From Camelus dromedarius (taxonomy: Eukaryota): a stretch of DNA of 64,000 nt. Position 1 is the stretch's first letter. Every line of letters starts with the position of its first letter. The DNA lies in the NCBI RefSeq assembly GCF_036321535.1, contig NC_087436.1:22570001-22634000 (forward strand). Reading direction: 5' to 3'. The position numbers and the translations under genes were made by a program. The notes beneath the pieces are model-generated. The model searched no databases. It was not told the origin of the DNA and saw nothing but the letters and a program-made list of their open reading frames with translations. Below are positions 12,925 to 24,590 of this stretch, piece by piece.

Positions 12925-13140
12925 CAGTGATGAAGAGCACAGTCTGGGGCCAACCCACTGAGATTCACGTCCTTCCTCTGCTCATTACTGGCTGTATGAT
13001 CTTGGGCAGTTTGCTCTGCGTCTCTTTACCTCACTTTTCTTTAAGATGGAGATCACAACACCTTCTTTCCTAGGATTGTCTTCAAGTTTCAATGAGTTGG
13101 TGTCTGGCACATAGTAAGAACTACATAAATGGTTCCCTGC
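12925..13140 (+). mobile_element. MIR SINE
   Basis: ctctgctcattactggctgtatgatcttgggcagttt, taagatggagatcacaacacct and gtctggcacatagtaag match the MIR core and 3' end. Confidence 0.75.
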
Positions 13141-13297
13141 TTTGTTAGCTCGAGGACTGTCATTGGAATATAAGCTCCATGTAGACAGGACTGTCTGGGT
13201 CACTGATACATCCCAGCAGAGAGCAGGCCCTAAATACGTTTTGTGTTGAATAGATGTATTGAATCAGTGGCCTGTTAGGAGAATTTTTAGGTTACAC

Positions 13298-13512
13298 CAT
13301 GTTTTCTCAAACTTAATACTCTTGACATATTGGACCAGATACTTCTTTGTTGTGAGGGTTTTCCTGCTCACCATAGGATGTTACCAGCATCCCTGGTTTC
13401 TACCTGCTGGATGCCAATAGCATCTCCCCTTAGTTAGGACATACGAAATGTCTCCAGATGGTGCCAATATCTCCTGGGAGATGAAATCACCCCCAGCCAC
13501 TGACAACCACTG
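13298..13512 (+). mobile_element. MER20 (hAT-Charlie non-autonomous DNA transposon)
   Basis: About 215 bp with ataggatgttaccagcatccctggtttctacctgctggatgccaatagca and aaatgtctccagat. Ends acaaccactg. Degenerate 8-bp TSD ggttacac/agttatac. Confidence 0.85.
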
Positions 13513-13764
13513 AGTTATACAAAACTTTACCCTAAAAGTATAAAATCTATATCTGAGAACTATTGGTGTTCATATGTCAACAAATACACATTTTTGTTGT
13601 TGTTGTTGAAGTTTTGAATTTGTGCTGAGAAGACAGCAAAAAAGATATTTCTTGTTACTGTAATGTTAAATGAAATCCTAAAAGAATAGACTGCCTGAAA
13701 ATCAATACCCCGAGACACTGGAGAGACGACTACTGAATTAATCAATCTTTTCCTCCCAAGAGGT

Positions 13765-16085
13765 CATTCATTTATTCATTCAACAGATGGCGTATGTGAC
13801 TAAACAAAACAGTCAAGTGTCCCTGTTCTCATTGGCCTGATATTCTGGGGGAGGGCATACAGGGTGGCGTAAGCAATAAACAGTAAGCAATCAGGAGGTA
13901 AATTAGATGGTATGTTGGAAATGATAAATTTGATAGATTAAAAAAAGTAGTTCACTGTAAGGGGAATCAAAGTGTGGGCGTAGAAGAGGGCAGATTGCAG
14001 GCTTACACTGGTCATGGTGGAATTCATTTAGAGCAAAGTCTAAAAATGTCCTGGTGGGAGGTTTAGGACTCACCTAGAAGATTATTGCAGACAAGAGGAA
14101 GCAGCTATACCTTGGCTCTAAGACAAGAATATGCCAATTGTGTTCAAAGAATAATTAGGAAGCAAGAGTGGAGCAGAGTGAGATGGGAAATGGGATTGAG
14201 GAGGAAGAGGGAACAGTAAAATGAGGTGGGGTTAAAAAATGCACAGAAAGGAGAGGGTTTCGGGCTTCTGCTCCAGAGGACATAGGAGAGCCTTTGCATA
14301 GTTCTGAGCAGTAGACTGATGATCAAATATTTATTTTAAAAAATATATCTCGATTTTCTATGTTGAGTACAGACTGTAATGGGGCAAGAACAGAAGCTGG
14401 GAGACCTGTTAAGAGGCTACGGAGGTAGTCTAGGTGAGAAGTGATGATGGCTTGAGTCAGGATGAGAGCAGTGGAGGTGGTAGAAATATTCGGATTCTGG
14501 ATATATTTTTAAGCTACAACCAAGACTTGCTGAGAAAAATACAAGAGTCAAGAATTAACCCAAGGCTCTTGGCCTGGATAACTGGAAGGCTGGTGTTGCT
14601 CTAAATGAGATGGGGGAATATTGTAAATGGAGCAAGTTTGGCGGGAGGTGGGTAGGAGAGGAGTTCAGTTCTGGACATCCTGAGTTTCAGATGACTATTG
14701 GACATCAGAGTGGAGACGTTAGTACTTGGTTGTGTATATGAACGTGACATTCAGATGAGAAATCTGTGCTGCAGATATGAGTTTGCTAGTCATTGACATA
14801 GAGGTGGCCTATAAAGCCTGGAGAGTCACAGGGGAAATAAGAGGACCCAGAACTGGCTCACCTGCAGCACTCCAAGCATAGAAGTGGTGAGAAGAAACAG
14901 AACAAAGAAAAGAGACAGAGAGTGAAAGCCCCCAAAAGAAGAAATCTGCAAACTGATCGTTTAGTTTGGTGATGTGGAGATCACTCGTGAGGGTGCTCGT
15001 TTTGGCTCCAGCAGCAGCCACCTCTAAACAAGAACTTGAGAGGAGCGAGTTCACTTGAGAGGTTCAGGAATGTCAGTAGTGAAGTGGAGAAATGATGTAA
15101 GAAAGAGAAGAGAAGGCAGCCAATAAGTGTGCATTATGGAGCAACACGTGACCACTGGTGCTCCATCACATAAGAAAACTCTGGGAAAGAGTCTAATAAA
15201 GTATCACTCAGGATTATTTTTCCTGGGAAGCAAGAGGCGGTGTATTTTACACTCCCAGGAATTAGTTAACACTGTTGTGGGGAGAGTGTGGGTGATGTTA
15301 ATTCCCTGATATTTCTCACTTCCTCCTCACGTGAGTGTGACTTCCTGAGCATCTGGAAAGACTCAGGCAGAGATGCTGATCCTGGGAGTTTTTGAGTTGA
15401 CCTTTAGCACAGTGAACGGGTAGGAGTGAGACATTATACCATCTCTGTAAGAGCACTCTTGGTGGAGAGGAGATGATAATGAAAGCCAGAAAGTAGCAGT
15501 TTTGAGAGAGAGTACAGATAACTTTCAGGAGTAATTCTACTAAAACAGGGGCAAAGAAATGGACCAACAACTGATGGAGGTAGTGGGGCTGAGAGAAGTT
15601 TTAACAAAATGATAATAATTGTAACACTTCAGTAGACAGTACTGATCTAGCAGAAAGCAAGAAACTGATGCTTTAAGAGAGAGTAGGGGAGAATTACAGG
15701 AGTGATGACTTGAGAAAAACAGAGGATGAACTCTGACCCACAAATGCCAGTGTTGGCTTCAGGCAGAAGCAGACAGGAGCAGGGAGGAAGAGAGTACAGA
15801 TGTTTGAAGGTGGGTCCTGGGATGGAAGAAGTCTGTAATGCTCCTGGTCTGACTGTTTTATTTTTCCTAGTGAAACCAAGAAAGGAAGTAAGCTGAGAGT
15901 GAAAATGGGAGAGGCATTGTTTCCAGTAAAGATACAAAAATAGTTATCTAGAACAATGGGAGAGCAAATGACTAGGAATGTCTAGTACAACTGCCTGGCA
16001 GACTAAGGGTCTATTTGGGACTCATGGTCATGAGTCAGCATCATATACATATATTTTAAAAAAAAATTTTTTTTTCAGCATGATC
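13765..16085 (-). mobile_element. Long decayed L2 LINE interrupted by an LTR
   Basis: Starts with the tcattcatttattcattcaaca tail. Typical L2 motifs ggagacctgttaagaggcta, gattctggatatattt and gagttcagttctggacat. Resumes after about 15445. Confidence 0.7.
14995..15445 (-). mobile_element. ERVL LTR (LTR16/LTR33-like) nested in L2
   Basis: gagaaggcagccaataagtgtgcattat...aaactctgggaa motif, which is the reverse of the pattern in the LTR at 27663-28117. Confidence 0.55.
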
Positions 16086-16132
16086 AACTTCCAGAATAAA
16101 GGAGCAGGAATGGAAGAGTGAAAGTTTAAATG

Positions 16133-16300
16133 AAGTGGTTTGCTGGAGCTGGCTCCCACCTGAGCTGATGCTGAAAGTTTGAAATTGGCCATGGTGAGAC
16201 TATTTACAACAGGGACATTGGCCAATGCTGCATAGCAGGGTCTTGTTTGTTTGTTTTTCCCCGAGATGTCTGGTTGTTAAATATTTACCAGCACACTCTG
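16133..16300 (+). mobile_element. MER63-like hAT-Blackjack fossil
   Basis: agtggtttgctggagctggctc ... ttgaaattggccatggtgagactatttaca ... ggttgttaaatatttaccagcacactctg, with degenerate TIRs. Confidence 0.75.
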
Positions 16301-18214
16301 CTTAGAGGTTATATACAAGGCCTATTCTATGCTTTCTTTTTGTCCACTCTTAAGACAAACTTTCTTAAAGAATTAATACTCAGAGGTAGACACAGTTTGT
16401 ATTCAATTGACTTCTATTGAATGATACACAACTAGAATAAAAAAAAATTGGGGCAAAATGTTTCCTACCTTAAAATTCCATGTATTAGGTCCTCATCCTT
16501 GGATCCTTTATGGGCACAGACAGAAACATAGAAATATTCATGTAGGTACATCCAGCAAGCAATGACACTCAGCATTAGGAACCAAAGAGAGTGGGACAGC
16601 CTGGTGAACTCTTCACCTTACTCTCCCATTTCTTAATCACCTCTCTCTCCTAGTCATTCCACAGTCCTTGGGGTTGCTCCTGGGCAGGGAATCTTTGTGG
16701 ATGATAGTTCCATAGCCCAGTGCACTGTAATTCAGAAATGCTCCCACTGAAGAAAGCATGCAGTAAAACAAAGAAGGAGGTCAGTGTTATTACAGGGATA
16801 ACGGAGCATCTACTCCATCCTTTAATGTAAATGATCTGTACACTTTGGTCATGTAGGCACATTATTATTTTATAGCAATTTACTTGATCCCAAAGCAAAA
16901 GTGTACCCACTGGAGCTGAGAACCATTGCTTTAGTATAGTTTTCATATCAAGATCATCAGTGCGAGTTCTTAAGTGTCTTGAAGGGTCCTTTGTGCATGG
17001 CAAAAACTACGTCCAGTTACTTAGTTTTTAAATTAAAATAACTTTCATTAAAGTTGTAATTATAAAGGAAACTACCTTCTCATAAGCTTTTAATTTCACT
17101 AAGAAATCTTATTCTACTATTTATAAAACTAATAAGCAAAGAGCAATTATTTTCTCTTTTACTTTGATGAATGTTCAGTTAATTCGAGTTGAATAGACTG
17201 AATTACTTTAAATAATTAATCCCATTGACAAATTTAGTAAACTACATTTTCCAGAATATTTTAGGCTGCACTTAGAAATTTTATATATTTTATCTTTAAA
17301 GCATTTAAAAAACCTTCTGACAACTTGAAATCAAAACCATAACAAGGAAAACCTGTCTATACATTTAAAACAGTCTTGTAAATATAATGAAGTAGGATAG
17401 TAAATAAAATGCATCTCCAGTTTTTGTATTTTTACAAACTTAGTCAAGTTCTCAGATACAGTTTTAGCTTAAAATCTCAATTCCAAAATCTACTGCACAT
17501 TTTAATTTACACTCAGATCCTTTCACTTAGGTTCTATTAAACATTATAAATTCTTTAGATACCAACCCTATAAAGCTACCTCAGGAGCTAAAAAGTTTAT
17601 TCCAGACCTTGAACTCAAAATATAAGTGATCTTGGGTTAATATATTACTTTCTCATCTCTTTATTTAATTTAAAATTTCCTGTGGTCGATAGACTACATA
17701 ATCATCAATGGAAGCATATTTACCATTTCAGAGGAGTGAGGTTGACAATTCATGGTAATAATATGATGACTTAAGAATCAGAGCCCAGGAACAAAACGCA
17801 AGGGCCACATCACACATAGGGATCTTGTGAGCCTCCAACTGGCATGCTTAGTTCCTTTTTAGAGTCGCTAAGGTATCAGGAGCTTTCAACTCACACACAT
17901 ACCCAGTTCTTACACCCGGTTGGCATAGCCTGAAGTCTGTACACGGAACCTCCACCTCAGCACTGCTAGACTGAATTCCATAATCTTTCAAATTTGGGGG
18001 AGTGCATGAGACTAGAGACGGTAAGTTGTATCACTGTGTCTATCTTGTCTTCCTCTGCCCAGACATTTTCTTATCCACATAGTCAGCACTTCTCACAGCA
18101 TTTCTCACAACTTGATCTGTTTTGAATACAACCTTATTTTCATGCAAACACTGAGCTAACCTCTCATATCAGTGATAGCTTCATAAACCCTAATTTTATC
18201 ATTTTCAACAATAT

Positions 18215-18985
18215 TTTTTTAATTGTGGTAAAATATCCATAACATTTTAACCATTGTAAGTGCACAGTTCACTTTGAGTACATTCACAGTATTGTGCAAC
18301 TATCACCACTAACCATTTTCAGAACTTTTTCATTATCCCAAAGAGGAATTCTATACTCCTTAAACAAGTATTCCTTATTTTTCCCTGCCTGCCCACCCCT
18401 GCACCTGGTAATTTTGTTCTACTTTCTATCTCTATGAATTTGCCTATTCTAAGTACTTCATATAAGTAGAATCATATGCTATTTATAATTTTGTGTCTGC
18501 TTTATTTCACTTAGTATAATATCTCCAATGTTCATCCACTGTCGCATGTATCATAATTTCATTCATTTTTTAAGGCTGAATGATATTCCATTGCATGTAT
18601 ATAGCACATTTTGCTTATGCATTTATCTGTTGATGGACGTGACATTGTTTCTACCTGTTGGCTGTTGTGAATAGTGTTATTATGGACATTGGTGTCCAAA
18701 TATCTGTCTGAGTCCCTGCTTTCAATTCTTTGGAGCATATACCTAGGAGTGGAATTGCTGGAATTCTGTGTTTCTTTTTTTGAGTAATTGCCATACTGTT
18801 TGCTACAATGGCTGCATCATTTTACATTTCCACCAGCAATGCACAAGAGTCCTAACTTTTCCACATCTTTGCCAACACTTGTTATTTTCTGATTGTTTGT
18901 ATAACAGACCCATTTTAATGGGTTTGAAGTAGTTTTAATCTGCATTTCCATAATGACTAGTGATGGACACATTTTCATGGGCTTA
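18215..18985 (-). mobile_element. L1MA/L1MB-type 3' end
   Basis: taattgtggtaaaatatccataacat, acattcacagtattgtgcaactatcacc, taaggctgaatgatattccattg and catatacctaggagtggaattgctgg. Confidence 0.9.
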
Positions 18986-20639
18986 GACAATTCTAACTGA
19001 CACGAGAGTGAGTATGGTCTATGGAACGAGTATGGTGTATGGAATTTCTGTATTTAGAAGACTAGGTTAGAATTCGAAATTAAATAATTACCACTATGTG
19101 ATCTGGAATAATGTAGTTAAACTCTTTGAGCCTCAGTGTCTTCATTTAGAAAGTGAGGGGAATCATATTTATTTTTCAGAGTTTAAGGTGCACACCCAAA
19201 TAATGTCTTTGTTAGTAATAATATGAAAATAAATTTAATGTTTCATATCAGCATGCTAATTATACTCGAAAAATTCCATATGAAATTCCTGTTTTTCTGA
19301 CAGCAAAGAAACTCTCTATTTCCCAAGTCATTTAACATCACATTACAGGAGAAATGAAAAGAAGATGGTCCTTAAAGCAATGAAACTAATGATCATAAAA
19401 TTGAATTTTAATGTATAAAAGTTAAAGTGAAATAAACTATTTAATGTCTTTTTTTTCTTAAATAAAACACATCCTACATTTTTTCCCCACTTCACTACTC
19501 CTAAGAACTTTGGCTTGCTTAAAGTTCTGAGTTAAACAACAGAAGAAATTCTAGACTTCTTGTAATGGGGGCTTGAACAAACTAATAAATCTTGAGCTGC
19601 TGGCATTGTTCGGTAGCAGACACAAGGGTGATGTTTTATTTGCTTAACAGAGGGGGGAATTAGATCTGGTTGTGCTGTCTGGGCAGAGTGATAGATCTAA
19701 CTCCTCTATCTAAATGAGGATCATTATTTTGAATAAATTCTTCTTCTGTGTCAGAGAAAATGGAGCCCAACACTCTGTAATACAGACAAAGGAGAGGAAG
19801 GACACGGGACTGCCCACTCCTTTTCAGGCAGAGATCTGTCACAGATGAAAGCAGAATTGATTAAAACATCCATTTTCTGATTTTCTGCCAAGTTACATCA
19901 CTTGTAGATAAGGAGATGGGCCTGAAAAGTAATCCAGCTACAGTCATTAATCACGCATCGTAGATTCGCCATTGGTGTTTAAGAACTCCCCTTTGGCAGA
20001 AGCAACTGATTGCTATGCAGATTCCTGTTATGTCTCTTAAAGCAGCTAAGTATCAGAAACATAAAAATTCTGTACTCATAACTCACTGAGCATATAAGAC
20101 ATTCACTGAACTAGTCCTTGAAGGAATTAAAAAAATGCTTTTCAGCTTTTCTGATTGAGAACAACCCCTAAGTCTCCCAAGAAAAATGAGTGAGTTTTCA
20201 TGGATTCCACCAAAATACTTGGGTTAATGATTATGATCATTTGTTCTTGTGTCTCCCTAATGTAAGAGCACACAAGGTAGAAATAATCATTTTTTACAAA
20301 AATGAATCAAGCCTGGGGTTGAATTTTCAAACTACTTCTTCATATCTGTGGGTGACCTGGGACAAGATAATCTCAATGAACCTCAAATTCCTTTTCACTA
20401 AGAAGGAGATAATAATCTGAGCCACACAGGACTATTGGTACCAAGAAATGTAGTAATGTTGGTGAATGCACCCAGCACAGTGCCAGACTAGCAGGTACTC
20501 AAAATAAGTTTTTCTTAATTTTTTTAACCTTTATATATATTATTATTTATAAACTTCCCACATACGTATCATTCATTTCTCTAATTTTATATATAAGCTC
20601 TTAAGGGTAGAAAAATCATATCTCCTTTCCTTCTATACT

Positions 20640-21200
20640 AATTTAGGGGATTGCACGTAGTACTCAATATAGAATGCCTTTTTTTCTAATTATAAAAAGA
20701 GTATGTGTTCATTTAAAATTATTTAGAACTTACCTGGACTGTAAAGAAAAAAATTAAAATTGCTCACAATACAACACCATAGAGAAAGCCACTCAGAACT
20801 CATTTTGGCATATTTCCTGCTGCTCTTTCCCCCCATATATGTTTTTAAAACTTAGGAGCATGCAGTACTTAGAGATTTGTCATGTGTTTTTCATTTAGCT
20901 TTACAAAATGAACATTTTTTCATATCAGAATTTTTCAGAAATGTGAATATTTAAAGCTTCATAACAGTCCACCAACTAAATGTTCACATTTTATTTTACC
21001 TTTGTTTTGTACAATTGTTTCCAAATTTCCACTACTATAAATAATAATTCATTAAAACATATTGTACATAAATCTGTGCAAATTTCTTATTATTCCCTTC
21101 AAATTTTTTATAAGTGGGATTAAAAGATCAAAGAGAAAGCATATTTTTAAAGCTCATTTTTCTCCTCTAATTAATATGATTTTTACTAATTTATAAAGCA
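20640..21200 (-). mobile_element. Ancient L1ME-like 3' fragment
   Basis: Decayed motifs ttgtttccaaatttccactactataaataat and catattgtacataaatct. Confidence 0.5.
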
Positions 21201-21344
21201 CTCATTATATAAGATTCAGGTATTACAAATATCATTATTCCTTATGGATAGCAACCATATCACTTTTGTTACTGCTGTGTTATCAATGTCCTGCATGTGA
21301 TAGTAGTCCAACACATATATGTGAAATTAAGTTAGCTTGAATTA

Positions 21345-21483
21345 CCTTAAAACCTTAGCACTGTTGACATTTGGGGCTGGATAGCAACATCCCTAGCTTT
21401 TATCTACTTGATGCTAGTAGCCCTTCCCCAATTGTGACAACCAAGAATGTCCCAGGTATTGACAAATGTCCCCAGAGGGAAAT
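21345..21483 (+). mobile_element. Internally deleted MER20
   Basis: gcactgttgacatttggggctggatag, tgatgctagtagcccttcccc, ttgtgacaaccaagaatgtccc and caaatgtcccc; homologous to 13298-13512. Confidence 0.8.
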
Positions 21484-24400
21484 CTATTACTAGTAAGCAG
21501 ATTGAATCAGTAATCAAAATCCTCCCAAAAAACAAAAGTCAGTCTATTCAGATTTTCTATTTCATCAAGATAAAGTCTTAATAGTTGTATGTTTCTAGGA
21601 ATTTATCCATGTCTTCTAGGTTGTCCAATTTGTTGGCATATGATTCTTCATAGTTGTCTCTTCTGATCTTTTGTATTTATGTGTTATTGGTTGTAATATA
21701 TTCTCTTTCATTTCTGATTTTTATTTACTTGAGTCTTCTTTTTTCTTAATCTAACTAAAAGACTTGTCAATTTTCTTTATCTTTTCAAAGGACTCACTCT
21801 TAGCTTCATCGATCTTCTTTATTGTCTTTTTAGGCTCTATTTCATTTATTTCTGCTCTAATCTTTTTAAATTTCCTTCCTTCCACTAACACAGGGCTTCA
21901 CGTGTCCTTCTTTTCCTAGTCTCTTGAGGTGTAAAGTTAAGTTGTTTATTTGAGACTTTTCTTGTCTTTTGAGGTAGACATTTATTTACCCACATCCCTC
22001 TTAGAACAGTTTTACTTTACCCAGCATGTTTTATGTTTTTGATATTACATTCTATATCTTTTAATCTTGTGCATCCCTTAATTAATTATTGTCATCATAG
22101 TTATTTTTTTTTACTACTTCTGTCTTTTAACCTTCATACTAGCTTCATAAGTGAGTAATCCACTACATTGTCCATATAGTTACTTTTCCAGTGAGATACA
22201 TTCTTTCATGTTTTCTTGTTACCAATTAGCTTTTTTTCTTTTAAGCTTAAAATAGTCCCTTTAACATTTCAGGTATGGTCAGTCTAGTGGTGATAAACTC
22301 CTTTAGCTTTTGCTTATCTGGAAAATGATTTCTCTCACCTTCAATTCTGAATGATAACTTGCTGGGTAGAATATTCTTGGTTCGAAGTTTTTGTTTTTGT
22401 TTTTGTTTTCCTTTCAGCACTTTGAATATATTGGACTCCCTTCTGGCCTGCAAAGTTTCTGCTGATACTCTTACAGGGATTCCCTTGTATGTAACAAGTT
22501 GTTTTTCTCACTTCTTTTAATATTCTCTCTTTGTCTTTAACATTTGACATTTTGATTATAATGTGTTTTGGTGTGGGTCTCTTTGAGTTCTTCTTTTTGA
22601 AACTCTCTGAGCTCCCTAGATCTGGTTTTCTGTTTCTTTCCCCAGGTTAGGGAAATGTCTTCAAACAAGATTTATTCCCCTCTCTTCCTTCCTTGTCCTC
22701 TAGGACCCCTATAATGCAAATATTAGTCGCTCTGATATTGGCCCATAAACCCCTTATGCTCTCTTGACCTTTTTTTCTTTTCTTTTCTTTTCTTTTCTTT
22801 TCTTTTCTTTTCTTTTCTTTTCTTTTTACTGCTCTGATTGATTTCTACCACCTTGTGTTTGGCTGATCCTTTCTTCTGTTTCATCTAGTCTGCTATTGAA
22901 CCCCTCTAGGGTATTTTTCAGTTCTAGGGTATTTTACATTCTTCAGCTCTGTGACTACCATTTAGTACTTTCTAATATTTTCCATCTCTGTTGAAATTCT
23001 CACTGTGTTCATCCATTCTTCTCCCCACCAACTCAGTGAACCTCTTTATAAGCATTACTTTGAACTCTTTAGCAGGTAAATTGCTTATCTTTGCTTCATT
23101 AAGACTTTATATTATTCTTTTAATTTGAACATATTTCTGTTTTATAGGTTTCCTTGACTTTCTGTATTGGTTTCTATACAGTACATGAAACAACCACTTC
23201 TCCCAGTCTTGAAGGAATGGTCTCTTGCAGGAAATAAACCTTGTATTCAGCCCTGCCCCACCTCTGTCTTCTCCCAAACTTCTATGCTTATGCAAACAGG
23301 CTATTCTATCTCTAATAGCTCCCAATAGTTGAGGATGTGCCAAGACTCGTCAGCGTCCCAAAGGCGAGGATCTCAGCACCTAGATTCACACTGTTTGGAA
23401 GCCAGACCTTCAGGCAGCAGCTTCTAAGTGTATGCAAATATATCAGTCCTGTGGGACTGCAAGTATAAGCCCCACTGGCCATCGGAGCAAGGAGATCTGG
23501 AAGTGTTCAGGTTCAACTGTCCAACAGTTGCAAAAACTGGAATTATAGATGAATGTAAAAGCTCTTTTGTGGGAGATATGGGTGTCCTGGTGCAAGGCAG
23601 AGGGAGAAAAGCAAGATGTCATCCCCAGCTACATTCCATACAAACAACTCCACGGTCCCGTAGACGTGAGCCAAACCTGAAGCCTACTGCTCAAAATGAA
23701 GCTCTAAGGCAAGAGAAGAGGCTTCCTTCGCAGAAAGACTGTGAGGCATGCCTCATACTGCTCTGCACAGTGCCCTGGGGGGTGGCAGCCTGCCATGAAC
23801 CATCTTTCTGGCTGCCACAGCCCCGTGGGACCCAGGGACTCAAGGCCCCCTGGTCACCAGAGTCAGGTGATCAAAGCCCCCCTCCAGGAGATAGGAGTGT
23901 GGCAGAGAGTGACCACAAAGATAGCACCCACCCTTCAAGGTCTCTGTCTAGAAAGAATTACAGTCAGCCTGAGACACTTGTTTAATTAGAAGACTGCCCC
24001 TCAGGCTGCAGCCACGATAATTAGCTAAAAGGCTTCCCTCGCTGAAAAAATGATCTCCTGTGTCTGTTGCCTCTTCCTGTGCCCTGGGGATGGCAGCTGT
24101 TTAAGAACTTTTTCTCCATTGGTTATAGTCCTATGGGACCCACAAGCATAAGCCCCACTGGCTGCCAGAGCAAGGTGATGCAGTCCCCTGGGATGTAGCT
24201 GCAAAACCAGGGATGTGACCTCAATTCTGGGTGAGACGGTTATTGCAGTCCCATGGGACAAAGAACGCCATCAGCCCTGACCTCCAGAGTCAGGCAGTCA
24301 GGAAGTGTCCCTTGGGCTGCAACCACAAAGAGCAGGACAGCAGGTGCATGTAAAAGCTCCCTTCTGAGAAATACTAGTGCCTGGAGCAGGGGAGAGGAAA

Positions 24401-24590
24401 GTTCGATGGCGGTACCCACTAGTCTCTTCGCTGGGGACTGTTCCAGTGGGCTCCCAGATGTGTGTTAAAAAAGATGCCACTCAGGCCAACACTTTACTAC
24501 AAGCAGGTGAGCCTCCTTCACTTTAAGTCTGGGTGTGCAATTTCCTTCTGGGTCCCACCGACTCATTCAGTCAGCAAACTGTGTACCTAC
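21484..24590 (-). mobile_element. Old L1 5' half: ORF2 fragment, ORF1 remnants and 5'UTR with repeated monomers
   Basis: ORF 22247-22453(-) QARRE...IFKVLK...ILPSKLSFRIEGE...FPDKQKLKEFITTR..PEMLKGL and ORF 22341-22550(-) KDKERILK are L1 ORF1p. 21541-21980 is ORF2 antisense. 23200-24590 is the GC-richer 5'UTR. Confidence 0.85.
22772..22827. repeat. (TTTTC)n pentanucleotide microsatellite inside L1
   Basis: Direct reading, about 10 units. Confidence 0.95.
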
